Positions 48,954-57,949 of a DNA stretch of 64,000 bases are shown one piece after another. The stretch covers positions 16,545 through 80,544 of IMG/VR virus record IMGVR_UViG_3300025065_000001; one strand, written 5' to 3'. The translations under genes were made by a program, and so were the position numbers. The notes under the pieces were generated by a model, which saw only the letters and a program-made list of their open reading frames with translations, searched no databases and was not told where the DNA came from. Every line of letters begins with the position of its first letter. Position 1 is the stretch's first letter. The stretch is from a virus.

Positions 48954-49757
48954 CTATAAGTTGATAGGAATTGCTAAAGCGTCGAAGACAGCTTTGGCCG
49001 CTACGGTGTCTTGCTTACCGATAATCGTACCAGCGTGAATTTCGCTTTGTGGTACGTGGAAGAAACCGATGATCTTCCAGAACTTCTTCAGCTCATCACG
49101 ACTCTCAACAAATCGAGTAGCCATCGCTTTAGTGAAACCCGCTTCAGCTTCAACTTGCTCCGCTGTGATAGGGTCGTCACTCTGCAGAGCATCTTCTAAG
49201 AAGCACTTGGCTGAGTCACTTAGCTTTTGGTATGTACCGTGACCAAAACGTGAGAGGCCGGTAATGGCATCCGATTTATCACCTACCAGGGTTTTGTAAA
49301 GGCGCATATCATCGGGCTTGAATTCTTTAAGCTTCTCACTAACGTATTCCATGGTTACCGTGTCGCTGAGTAGCTGGCGATAATCTTGGTCGTTACTGTC
49401 AATAAAGATTTCAGTCTCAGGGGATTTAGTATTTACCAGCTCGGCAATAACATCATCCGCTTCTCGGCCTTGGCATCTAATCTGGATGCAGCCAGAGTGA
49501 GTAAGCAATTCACGGAACTTATCCATGAAAAGGTAAAATTCGTCTGTAGAATCTGAGCTGGCTTTATATGCTGGGTGGATATCTTGGCGAGGCTTCTTAG
49601 CGTTCTCACCATCCCAAACCCAGATCAACGAGCCATAAGGAGAGTTATTTGCACAGGCCTGAACATAGGCATGAATAGCCCAGTTAGGACCATCGCTTTC
49701 AAACTTGCGGCGAAGAAGGTTATTACCATCACAAATGTGTAGTTTTAGCTTTGTCAT
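48954..49757 (-). CDS. 5'-3' exonuclease (flap endonuclease family)
   Basis: DGNN, WDG, YKA, EADDVIA, SNDQDYRQL, LVGDKSD. Confidence 0.88.
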   Translation of the reverse strand: MTKLKLHICDGNNLLRRKFESDGPNWAIHAYVQACANNSPYGSLIWVWDGENAKKPRQDIHPAYKASSDSTDEFYLFMDKFRELLTHSGCIQIRCQGREADDVIAELVNTKSPETEIFIDSNDQDYRQLLSDTVTMEYVSEKLKEFKPDDMRLYKTLVGDKSDAITGLSRFGHGTYQKLSDSAKCFLEDALQSDDPITAEQVEAEAGFTKAMATRFVESRDELKKFWKIIGFFHVPQSEIHAGTIIGKQDTVAAKAVFDALAIPINL

Positions 49758-49776
49758 ATCGTCAATTTCCGAGAGT

Positions 49777-49805
49777 AAAAGGGCCGGACTAGCCGACCCT
49801 TTTTT
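49777..49805. terminator. Hairpin terminator
   Basis: AAAAGGGCCGG-ACTAG-CCGACCCTTTT (imperfect stem, flanked by A and T tracts). Confidence 0.6.
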
Positions 49806-49820
49806 AAGTTAATTAAAAGG

Positions 49821-50921
49821 TTATTGTGCTGCGATTTGGCCTTGTGCCGGACCAATCAGTTTGAATTCCAAGGTACCCCACTTGTAAGTGATACCTTTAG
49901 GAGCAACCGGTTGGTTAGACACTTCAACAATCACTTTCTGACCTAATAAACCAGCTTGCTTACACGCATTGTGGAAGTTCTGCCAGTTCTGCCATCCCGT
50001 CTTAGCCGTAGTATGACCAATCATAATACCTGCTTGGGCAATTACCGTGCCTTGTTGGTCAGCAATGTCGTTGATTAAACGCATTGGTAACTGAACACTT
50101 GGGAACGGTACGTTAGGTTTTTTCGGGTCTGTGGTGGTGTGGTAGGCTGTCATTACCGCATTCGCCCAAGGTTGACCATCTGAACCAATCAAACCATCGT
50201 ATGTGTGGACATAGTTGGTTTGATCACCTGTAGCCCCTGCTACGGTCCAGCGAACCATTTGGCACAACATATAGCCCACGTTCTCAGTCATATCAATCTC
50301 AACCTGGAAGGGGTTAAGAAGTGTTGACGGAGCACTACCTAAAACCATACCGTGGTAGCTTGGCTTCAGCCAATCTTGAACCAACAGGTCAGAGTTAGAC
50401 ATGGTATCCATCGACATTTCGCGCTGACCAATAAACTTAGCCAACTCTGGCGGTAAGTTCGCTGGTAGGTCCATGCCGGTGTTTCCAACTGGGTTCACAG
50501 CCATAGGCGTTTGCTGAACCTGAGCCGTTTGCTGAGCTTGAGCCGTTTGCTGCGATTGCTGGGCTTGCGCTGCTTGTTGTGCTTGTAACTGTTGTTGTAA
50601 GTGCTGTGGAATAGCACTTGTTTGCTGCGTATTAACCGGCGTGGTATTAGCTTGCTGGTTAACAACTTGGGGGTTAGCTTGGTTCGTGGTTTGTTGTGGT
50701 GTGGCTTCCGCAGTCTGAGTATAAGTCTCAGTCTGGTTAACAACCTGAGGGTTAGCTTGAGCCTGTGTAGCTTGCTGCTGCGTAGTCTCGGCTTGAGCGG
50801 TGTTAGCTTGCTGGTAGTCTTGACCTACGGCTTGCTGGGTAACTTGAGTTTCTTGCTGAGTAGTAGCGGCTTGAGCTGCGTTATTTTGAGCAGCGGCGAT
50901 CATTTGTTCGATATTGTTCAT
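49821..50921 (-). CDS. Gln-rich protein, possible ssDNA-binding protein
   Basis: ~140-aa Q/T/A low-complexity N-terminus plus a globular domain; lies in the replication cluster. Confidence 0.45.
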   Translation of the reverse strand: MNNIEQMIAAAQNNAAQAATTQQETQVTQQAVGQDYQQANTAQAETTQQQATQAQANPQVVNQTETYTQTAEATPQQTTNQANPQVVNQQANTTPVNTQQTSAIPQHLQQQLQAQQAAQAQQSQQTAQAQQTAQVQQTPMAVNPVGNTGMDLPANLPPELAKFIGQREMSMDTMSNSDLLVQDWLKPSYHGMVLGSAPSTLLNPFQVEIDMTENVGYMLCQMVRWTVAGATGDQTNYVHTYDGLIGSDGQPWANAVMTAYHTTTDPKKPNVPFPSVQLPMRLINDIADQQGTVIAQAGIMIGHTTAKTGWQNWQNFHNACKQAGLLGQKVIVEVSNQPVAPKGITYKWGTLEFKLIGPAQGQIAAQ

Positions 50922-51054
50922 CGTCAATTTCCTGATTGTAGATTAATTACATTTTGATTAATTACTGTTTGTGCGGCTTTCGCCCTTCGCTTTTCTCCGA
51001 AGTCCAGCTATAGCGCAGTTTAATGCGGTATAGATGGTAACCTTAGCTTATTAA

Positions 51055-51324
51055 TTAACCTTCGTCAACTAATGTTGCTAATTCTTTTTCAGCGTCGTCT
51101 AAGACCATTCTTATTGTCGCTAAATTATTCTTTGCTTCTGCAAGGAACGTTGCTAATTCCTCACCTTCAAGAGTTTGAAGCGTGTTTTGCATTTTTAGTA
51201 TCCCATACTCCATTAGATGCTCTGCTTTGTCCGAAGGGTTTTTCATCGACTTAGATAAAAAATCTAACTGGGACTTCAGAAGCGTGGGAAGTAACATAAC
51301 CTCAGTCGGCTTAAACTTCGGCAT
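51055..51324 (-). CDS. Hypothetical protein
   Basis: ATG after GGAG. Confidence 0.5.
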   Translation of the reverse strand: MPKFKPTEVMLLPTLLKSQLDFLSKSMKNPSDKAEHLMEYGILKMQNTLQTLEGEELATFLAEAKNNLATIRMVLDDAEKELATLVDEG

Positions 51325-51414
51325 TTTTATTCTCCATAACGGTTTGATGGAATGCGTCTGTATACAGCGCGAGTTGTACAGCGAGTGCAACTTTTGTCTT
51401 TTTCATAATGGTCC

Positions 51415-52893
51415 TTAAGCGGCTTGCATTATTGGGGTTACAAGGTCAACCGTTACACCTTCTTCAACTTGTGTACGGTCATTCGATTTATTCAGCAGTT
51501 TCTTAGCTACGTGAAGCTCTAGGCCACCACGATAGACAAGCAAGGTAATTCGCACGGCTTTCTCTCGAACACCCCGAAGCGCTCTTCGATAGTTCTGGAT
51601 GAATGTCGTGTCTTGCCAGTCGAAAGAGGTAAATATCATGTGGTCTACATGACCCCAGTTAAAACCAACACCAGCTACTTCAGGGCTACAAATCAACACA
51701 TCAATTTCACCTTGGCGAAACTTGTGGTCTATTTCTCCGCGTCGGCTGGTTATGCTGCCGTTTATATACTCAGCACGTAGCCCCATTTTTTCGCATATCT
51801 TCTTATAGCGTGCATGGGCCGCAACAACCGTTTCGAAGATAATCAAAGGTTCTTCGTTGAACTTGTGCGTCTCAAGGTGCTGCATAAGGTGTGCGTCTTT
51901 ACCATCAGAGTCGTTATGCTTTAAACCGTACTCCTCAGGGCATTGCATGATCTTAAAGCATCGCTGCAGCGTTACCGCTTCGTTCTCAGCTTCTAAGAAA
52001 TCATCTTCTAGTTCAGTAATACCTTTTTGCTTAATGTCATTGAACGCTTTTGCCTGAGACGGTGACATAGTGCACATTTCGGCAACGATGATTTTCTTTT
52101 CCTTGCCGTAAGCTTGCTCATATGTAACCCGACGACTGTGCTTATCGATAAGCGCTTGCAACCTGTCATGATTCTTCCACATGAAAGGCTTTCCATACTC
52201 ATCCAACATGGCGTGCCACATCATGAAGTTGTTGTACGTTGGATAGTACAGGGGATTAATTAACTTCAAACCTGGATACGCTGAGCACAACCGGCCATTG
52301 ATAAAGGTTCCCGTCATGATCAACAAGTCACCCCCGCGCTTCATGTACTGGTACATTTTGTGGGTGCGCTGGGGACCAATGAACGTATTGGGTTTTCTGT
52401 AATGAGGTTCGCCATGGGTGCTAAAGCCCAAGTGCCACTCATCACCACATAGGTGATAGGTGTCAGGGTATCGTTCAACAATCTCCTTGTGATTGTTAGC
52501 AAAGGCATCGAACCCCATCATAAATACTTTGGTTTCTTTGTTCGCGAACTGTTTAGCGCGTTGAGCTGGCGTACCATCTATCACCATAATTTGGTGAGGC
52601 TCTAAGTCTGACCACAACAATAATTCATGGTAGTTCTTTACGAGCAGAGATTTAGGCATCGTCCAAATAACGCGGCCATCTTTAGAGTGATGGTAAACCC
52701 AGAGGCAACCGGCCGGAGTTTTACCGGTACCGGCCTCGGATAAGTCCATAGAACGAGAGTTCGCCAGTGAAAAACCTAAATGCTCGATTTGATAGGGGCG
52801 CAATGACAGTGAATCTCTTCTGTCATACACATCATTCATATCGAACCAGATTTCGTTAGCTGGCTGCTTTGGTATCTTTTGAATGCTGGTCAT
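51415..52893 (-). CDS. SF2 (SNF2/DEXH-like) helicase
   Basis: LRPYQ, AGTGKT, DEWH, MTGT, VAGVGFN. Confidence 0.85.
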   Translation of the reverse strand: MTSIQKIPKQPANEIWFDMNDVYDRRDSLSLRPYQIEHLGFSLANSRSMDLSEAGTGKTPAGCLWVYHHSKDGRVIWTMPKSLLVKNYHELLLWSDLEPHQIMVIDGTPAQRAKQFANKETKVFMMGFDAFANNHKEIVERYPDTYHLCGDEWHLGFSTHGEPHYRKPNTFIGPQRTHKMYQYMKRGGDLLIMTGTFINGRLCSAYPGLKLINPLYYPTYNNFMMWHAMLDEYGKPFMWKNHDRLQALIDKHSRRVTYEQAYGKEKKIIVAEMCTMSPSQAKAFNDIKQKGITELEDDFLEAENEAVTLQRCFKIMQCPEEYGLKHNDSDGKDAHLMQHLETHKFNEEPLIIFETVVAAHARYKKICEKMGLRAEYINGSITSRRGEIDHKFRQGEIDVLICSPEVAGVGFNWGHVDHMIFTSFDWQDTTFIQNYRRALRGVREKAVRITLLVYRGGLELHVAKKLLNKSNDRTQVEEGVTVDLVTPIMQAA

Positions 52894-53197
52894 AATGGTT
52901 AGTTAATTTCATCAAATTAAGTAAATTAGTCGTGGCCTGTTGACTGGCCCCCTTCTCAAGTAACGTTACAATTTCTTGTAAATCGTTTCTCAGGTCTGGG
53001 AACACTCTCTCGATTGGGAACTCAGATTGAAGAAGTATCTCGAGTAAAAATTCCATTGGGACCTCTTTAGTCCCAGAAAGAGCTAAAGAAACTTTGGCTT
53101 GATTGCTACCTAGCGAGTCAGCAAGATCTTTCTGTTTGAGGCCTTTTTCTCGTATCGCATTCTTCAAAAGCGCGAGTCTTTCTGAAAATTTCAACAT
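52856..53197 (-). CDS. XRE-family HTH regulator
   Basis: IREKGLKQKDLADSLGSNQAKVSLALSG. Confidence 0.75.
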   Translation of the reverse strand: MLKFSERLALLKNAIREKGLKQKDLADSLGSNQAKVSLALSGTKEVPMEFLLEILLQSEFPIERVFPDLRNDLQEIVTLLEKGASQQATTNLLNLMKLTNHYDQHSKDTKAAS

Positions 53198-53227
53198 GGC
53201 TATCGTGTCTCTTATCGTCAATTATTC

Positions 53228-53920
53228 TTATGCTACTTTGTCAAACGAACGGGTACCTTTGCAGTACTCGGATAATACGTAACTTCCCAAGTGTTCTAGG
53301 GGCAAGCTGATTAAATCTCTTAGTGGTATAAGTTTACTAAGATTCGTTTCTAAACGCTGAACGTGCTTTGGAAGCACAATTGAAGAGTCACCACAAAAGA
53401 TAACCGTTCTTGGAGACGTCTTTGCAGCCGTAGCCAGCTTTATCACGGATTCGTTGTCTGTGTTCTTTAAATCAACAAACACCATTGGGTGAATGTTTGT
53501 TTTATCAATATGTTTGATAGCGTGGTTCATGCCCACAACGAACAAAGGCTTTACCCACGTATGAAGTGGAGAGTTCAACCGTTCTAAACACGCAAGCCAT
53601 ACCGCAGCATCTGGAAGTTGTTCTTCGTCTAGGAAGTAAGTTTTTCCATTAGGTATTGGTAACATAGCTTGAACGAGCGGGTCGGCTATAAGGTTGTTGA
53701 ACTTACTTAAGTGGACCTTACTTAGCTTACGTGTAGCTAAATTCACATTGATATTATGTGAGCACTGGTTTCTCAGTGGTTTAACCGTAAGATTTGATTT
53801 GGTGCTTAGGCCTATAAAGTTCCAGCCATAGGGACAAGTATCTTGGTAGATATAGCTAACACCCTCGTCCTCGTGAATACCATAGTGCCCAAGGGGGGTG
53901 GGTTTTTTTTGCTGTTGCAT
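53228..53920 (-). CDS. Hypothetical protein
   Basis: ORF with box at its start. Confidence 0.55.
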   Translation of the reverse strand: MQQQKKPTPLGHYGIHEDEGVSYIYQDTCPYGWNFIGLSTKSNLTVKPLRNQCSHNINVNLATRKLSKVHLSKFNNLIADPLVQAMLPIPNGKTYFLDEEQLPDAAVWLACLERLNSPLHTWVKPLFVVGMNHAIKHIDKTNIHPMVFVDLKNTDNESVIKLATAAKTSPRTVIFCGDSSIVLPKHVQRLETNLSKLIPLRDLISLPLEHLGSYVLSEYCKGTRSFDKVA

Positions 53921-53946
53921 CGTCAATTTCCTGATTGTCTGAGTAA

Positions 53947-54225
53947 TTAAAAATTAGATTTGATAATATTTATTACCCTAGTGTTAAAGAATTCTGCCAG
54001 ATTTTGTAAGTCTGTCAAAGTTATTTCTTTGGTCCCCCGTCTTAAGCGACTGAAACTACTTTCAGCCATTCCGAGTTTCTTCCTTAACGCCTCACCATCA
54101 TCATCAAACGTAAACGTGGTGTGGAAGTCTATTCGCATCCCAATAGCCTTGTGCAGGGGGGATACAACCTCAAGTTGGAGCGATACCTGCTCCAACTTGG
54201 GTTGGTTTTTAGTGTTTAACGACAT
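53947..54225 (-). CDS. XRE-family HTH protein
   Basis: LRKKLGMAESSFSRLRRGTKEITLTDLQNLAEFF. Confidence 0.7.
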   Translation of the reverse strand: MSLNTKNQPKLEQVSLQLEVVSPLHKAIGMRIDFHTTFTFDDDGEALRKKLGMAESSFSRLRRGTKEITLTDLQNLAEFFNTRVINIIKSNF

Positions 54226-54481
54226 TAGAAAGATTCGGGACGTCTAATCCCGTTTGCTGATAACGCGTTAAACGGTCTTGCATGGCCTCAATTTCACTCA
54301 CTAAGGAGTCGGGATAAGGTTGCTTAATCCCGAGCGTATCGGCCATTTTGTTAGCGGACTCAATATCCTTCAACAAAGCTTTAAAGTTAGCACTCGAACC
54401 TAGGTTACGAAGCTGGGACAACTCAGCTTGCACTTTCTTTAGCTTTACAAAGTAATCCGCTTGTAAGTTTTGTGGCATATT
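54209..54481 (-). CDS. Hypothetical protein
   Basis: ATG after GGAGG. Confidence 0.5.
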   Translation of the reverse strand, partial: NMPQNLQADYFVKLKKVQAELSQLRNLGSSANFKALLKDIESANKMADTLGIKQPYPDSLVSEIEAMQDRLTRYQQTGLDVPNLSNVVKH

Positions 54482-54498
54482 GTTTAGGTCCTCCAAAG

Positions 54499-55134
54499 TC
54501 AATAAAGCGCTAGGATAGTTTTTAAATCGTGGTGTCTTGCCTGAACTCTCGTTCCTGTTACCGCTTCAAAATGGTTTAAGGGTAAACGGTACTTCCTAGC
54601 AAAGTACTGGCAATATTCACTACGCTTAACAAGATACTTTTGGTAACGGTCACCTTTAATCTCTTCATGCCTACGCTCTCCATAGACACTTTCAAAGTAA
54701 CTATAAACGTGTGCCGGAAGATGCCAATATCGTGAGGGGTAGTGAAACATAGGGTTCGCCCAATTCAGCGTTTCACTATCCATCGTCTTTTGTTTTCCTG
54801 GGGGCCAGAGCGGATAAGTTATCAATAAGTAATCAGGATAAAGTAAACACCACATCATTTTACTTACCTGAATATTTATCTTTTGGCCTTTCACATCGAT
54901 AATTAGACGAGACTTTTCAAGCCTCGTCTCTAGGTTCCCCCAAGTCTTCACATGCCAGAAGTCTTCTCGCGCTAACTTCAGTTCCTCATCCCAGTCTAAA
55001 TCTGGGAACTTATTTTCAACATACGCTTTCAGCTTTTTGTAAATAAGGTGAACGAAAGGCGCATCGAAAGACTTATCCCAATAGAACAAGCTACGCTGTA
55101 ATCGAAAAACATTATCACGACGTAGCTGGGCCAT
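54499..55134 (-). CDS. Hypothetical protein
   Basis: Translationally coupled to the ligase gene (TAATG). Confidence 0.55.
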   Translation of the reverse strand: MAQLRRDNVFRLQRSLFYWDKSFDAPFVHLIYKKLKAYVENKFPDLDWDEELKLAREDFWHVKTWGNLETRLEKSRLIIDVKGQKINIQVSKMMWCLLYPDYLLITYPLWPPGKQKTMDSETLNWANPMFHYPSRYWHLPAHVYSYFESVYGERRHEEIKGDRYQKYLVKRSEYCQYFARKYRLPLNHFEAVTGTRVQARHHDLKTILALY

Positions 55135-56309
55135 TACAGGTCCTCACGAATACGAGAATTAGTGATATGGCAGGGCTTACCTTCTTTAGTGTATCCATAT
55201 GAGAACACGGTGAGTTTCTTGCCGATATTCTTATGCCCGTTCATAGCATGATCGTGTTTCTCATTCGCATCACCTGGCGCCGTAACATCAAAGGTCTTGC
55301 CATCTGCCGTTTGACAGACATATATACCTACCTCGGTACCTAGGCGCTTATTAGGCTTACCTTTGCGAATCCCGATAATCTCAAACTCCGCGTCTTCTTC
55401 GTCCTTACGCTTCATCAAAGATGCGCTGCGTTTATCCGTTTCGTAAGGGGCATCCCCTTGGCGAACCATCGTACCTTCATAACCGTTAGAGGTCCAAGAA
55501 GCATGGTAGTTGTCGATACCCGCCTGATCATTAACTTTGTAACAGGCCGTTAAACACAGGGTGGGGTAGGAGCTTTCAGTTATACGAGAGTCCAAGTAAT
55601 CAAATCTATCAGCGTAAGGAAGATCAAGAACAACGTCATAAATATTGTACGACAGGTATTTACTGTCTTCTTGTGGCTTCTTGATGAGGCTAGAAATATT
55701 TTCAAAGGCTTTACCATGGCAGTAAAGCTCACCATCCAAGGTTGTGCCATCCCAAATACCTCTGTCATAAAGAAACTGTAAGCGTTCCATGATGTGAACA
55801 ACCGTGATTGGCTTCCCGCCACGAGAGTAAAGGAACACCTTTTCTTCTTGTATGGTGGCAAGACAGCGGTGGCCATCCATTTTAGGCTGAACAAATATAG
55901 GGAATTCCCAGTCTTTTACTTTATCAATTGGCTGGGCCAACATAGGTTTTACCAAGCCTAAGGCATTGGTGACCGCTGCACCTTCCTCAGGTTGCTCTTC
56001 AACATAGCCTTTATCCAGTTGTTTTTTGACTTTGCTTTGCGCTTCAAACACGGCTTGCATAATTGGCGTGGTTTCATTACTGCGGCCAATGTTCTTGCCT
56101 TCAGTGTAATCCGTTGCGGTTTCAACGCCTTTACCACCTAAGACCTTGCGAGAGGTAACAAGCGTGCTAGCGGTATCGTCGGGGTTAAGCGTAACCTTGA
56201 TATGCCAAGAACCTACTTTTCCGCCCGAATGGACTTTAAATAGTGTTTGTTCAAAGCGAACGTCGGCATCTAAAGAAGTAGTGCTAGAGGTATTAGCAGG
56301 GATATTCAT
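55134..56309 (-). CDS. ATP-dependent DNA ligase
   Basis: PMLA, QPKMDGHRC, LDGELY, YEGTMVR, MKRK. Confidence 0.92.
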   Translation of the reverse strand: MNIPANTSSTTSLDADVRFEQTLFKVHSGGKVGSWHIKVTLNPDDTASTLVTSRKVLGGKGVETATDYTEGKNIGRSNETTPIMQAVFEAQSKVKKQLDKGYVEEQPEEGAAVTNALGLVKPMLAQPIDKVKDWEFPIFVQPKMDGHRCLATIQEEKVFLYSRGGKPITVVHIMERLQFLYDRGIWDGTTLDGELYCHGKAFENISSLIKKPQEDSKYLSYNIYDVVLDLPYADRFDYLDSRITESSYPTLCLTACYKVNDQAGIDNYHASWTSNGYEGTMVRQGDAPYETDKRSASLMKRKDEEDAEFEIIGIRKGKPNKRLGTEVGIYVCQTADGKTFDVTAPGDANEKHDHAMNGHKNIGKKLTVFSYGYTKEGKPCHITNSRIREDL

Positions 56310-56539
56310 ATCGTCAATTTCCAAATTTTAAAGTTAAGCCAGTAGGCAAAGTTAAAACTACGCTTTCAACTTTTGTATATCAAGTTAAAAACGAAGTCCG
56401 TCTACAAAAACACAATTTATTTGTGTTTTTAATATTTATTAAAAAAATATGCTTTCTTTAATTTATTTAATTGGTTAGAATTTGTTCGTTTTGTTTTGTA
56501 GTAAAAGATTTACATTATGGCCTTGATGGAGTACTCGCC

Positions 56540-56860
56540 GTGTCTAAGAAAATTGACGATAATATAGAACCACCATGGGAGCTAGAGCGCCGTAGGCGAA
56601 TAGCTCGAAAATTTAAAAATATGCGCCAGAATTATCGATTGACGCAAGAAGAACTCGCTATTGCTGCGGACGTTCACAAGAATACTATTTCAAATGCTGA
56701 GCGATACGGCAAAATCTCCACTGAAGAATTCTACAAATATCAACAAATTGCAAAACGCGCTCACATGAAGAAGGGACTCGGTGCGGTAGTGAGTAAAATT
56801 ACCTTATCGGATATCCCATTCTCGGATTTTAAAAGATTCTTAGCGACGTTTTGGGAGTAA
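56540..56860 (+). CDS. XRE-family HTH regulator
   Basis: MRQNYRLTQEELAIAADVHKNTISNAERYG; likely GTG start at 56540 after GGAG. Confidence 0.8.
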   Translation: MSKKIDDNIEPPWELERRRRIARKFKNMRQNYRLTQEELAIAADVHKNTISNAERYGKISTEEFYKYQQIAKRAHMKKGLGAVVSKITLSDIPFSDFKRFLATFWE

Positions 56861-56863
56861 TTT

Positions 56864-57622
56864 ATGTATCGTCACTTCTTTAAAACTTATGGTTTACGGT
56901 TCGCGCTATTCGTTTCAGCATTGCTAATTTTCACGGCTGTTCTAAACAATTTTCTAGTTGAGGGCAAATGGCAACTAAACTCACTGTCCGATATGCTCAG
57001 CTACTACGCGGTGATGTTTTCATGCGTTATCTTAGCTGGCGTAATGGTTAAGGGTTTCAATAATCGTATCGTTTTGGCTTTGATCATAATTGCTTCAATC
57101 TCTGAACAGGCGATTGCCAGCCTAATGTTTACGCTAAGTCCTACACTCCATACCGCTATTGCCATGATTTATGTGCCAGGTATTCTAACCATGGTGATGT
57201 ACCAGTATCGGGTTAAGTTCCAGTTTTGGGTGGCAAACAGACTCATCAAGTCTGAGCGCTTTCGTGACACCGGCTTTAATTTGCTAGAAAAGACCGAGGA
57301 CACGAATCTAGGTACATGGTTGTGTATGGTGTATAAGCTGTGCTGGTTTATCTGTTTTGCTATTGCGGTTTACTACCACATATTCACGATACATTTTGGT
57401 ATTCATGAAACAGGCCCACTACTTTATGGTTATCGTCTCGTTGATATTGAGTACGCGCTACACTTACCTAGCTTCTATTTTCTGTTTAATATCGTCTTTA
57501 TTACTCAGACTGTTATGTTGCTTATGCTGTTGTTCCACGCAAGTATTCAAGAGTTCTACGTTAAAGATCTTGCTGGGGCTATACCTAAGAAATTGGAAGT
57601 ACTATTTAAAAGAGCGGCTTAG
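56864..57622 (+). CDS. Multi-pass (~6 TM) membrane protein
   Basis: Several long hydrophobic helices; starts 3 bp after the HTH gene. Confidence 0.8.
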   Translation: MYRHFFKTYGLRFALFVSALLIFTAVLNNFLVEGKWQLNSLSDMLSYYAVMFSCVILAGVMVKGFNNRIVLALIIIASISEQAIASLMFTLSPTLHTAIAMIYVPGILTMVMYQYRVKFQFWVANRLIKSERFRDTGFNLLEKTEDTNLGTWLCMVYKLCWFICFAIAVYYHIFTIHFGIHETGPLLYGYRLVDIEYALHLPSFYFLFNIVFITQTVMLLMLLFHASIQEFYVKDLAGAIPKKLEVLFKRAA

Positions 57623-57632
57623 CCGCTCTTTT
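57608..57632. terminator. Bidirectional terminator
   Basis: AAAAGAGCGGC-TTA-GCCGCTCTTTT. Confidence 0.85.
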
Positions 57633-57643
57633 AGTTTCTAGAC

Positions 57644-57796
57644 TTAAAAACCAACCGTAGGCTTTTTAGGCTTGAGTGATTCGGTTTTAGGGTTGTCCGC
57701 TGGCTTAGGGACAACAACGTTGCTATCAACCTCAGCCATAGCCATTGTTGAACCCATACCAAGTACTAGCGCGATTGCAAATCCTAATTTTTTCAT
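57644..57796 (-). CDS. 50-aa secreted peptide precursor (not in the ORF track)
   Basis: MKKLGFAIALVLGMGSTMAMA/EVDSNVVVPKPADNPKTESLKPKKPTVGF; Sec signal with A-X-A site; SD GGAG 7 nt upstream. Confidence 0.8.
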   Translation of the reverse strand: MKKLGFAIALVLGMGSTMAMAEVDSNVVVPKPADNPKTESLKPKKPTVGF

Positions 57797-57912
57797 TGTG
57801 TTTCTCCATAAGAGGTTTGGTTGTTTTCTATGGAGTCAATTGCAAAGCCTGTGCCCAACCGAAAGACTAGGGGTTTTAGACAGTTTCAGGCTGTAAGAAG
57901 TGATATACGAGG

Positions 57913-57943
57913 CGAAATGTTGCCTAACTGCGGCAACATTTCG
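57913..57943. terminator. Inverted repeat (terminator or operator) upstream of the peptide gene
   Basis: CGAAATGTTGCC-N7-GGCAACATTTCG. Confidence 0.55.
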
Positions 57944-57949
57944 ATATCA

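Noticed and set aside
56471-56539. TTG start of the HTH gene given in the ORF track
   Set aside because: GTG at 56540 has a GGAG SD and gives a compact HTH protein.
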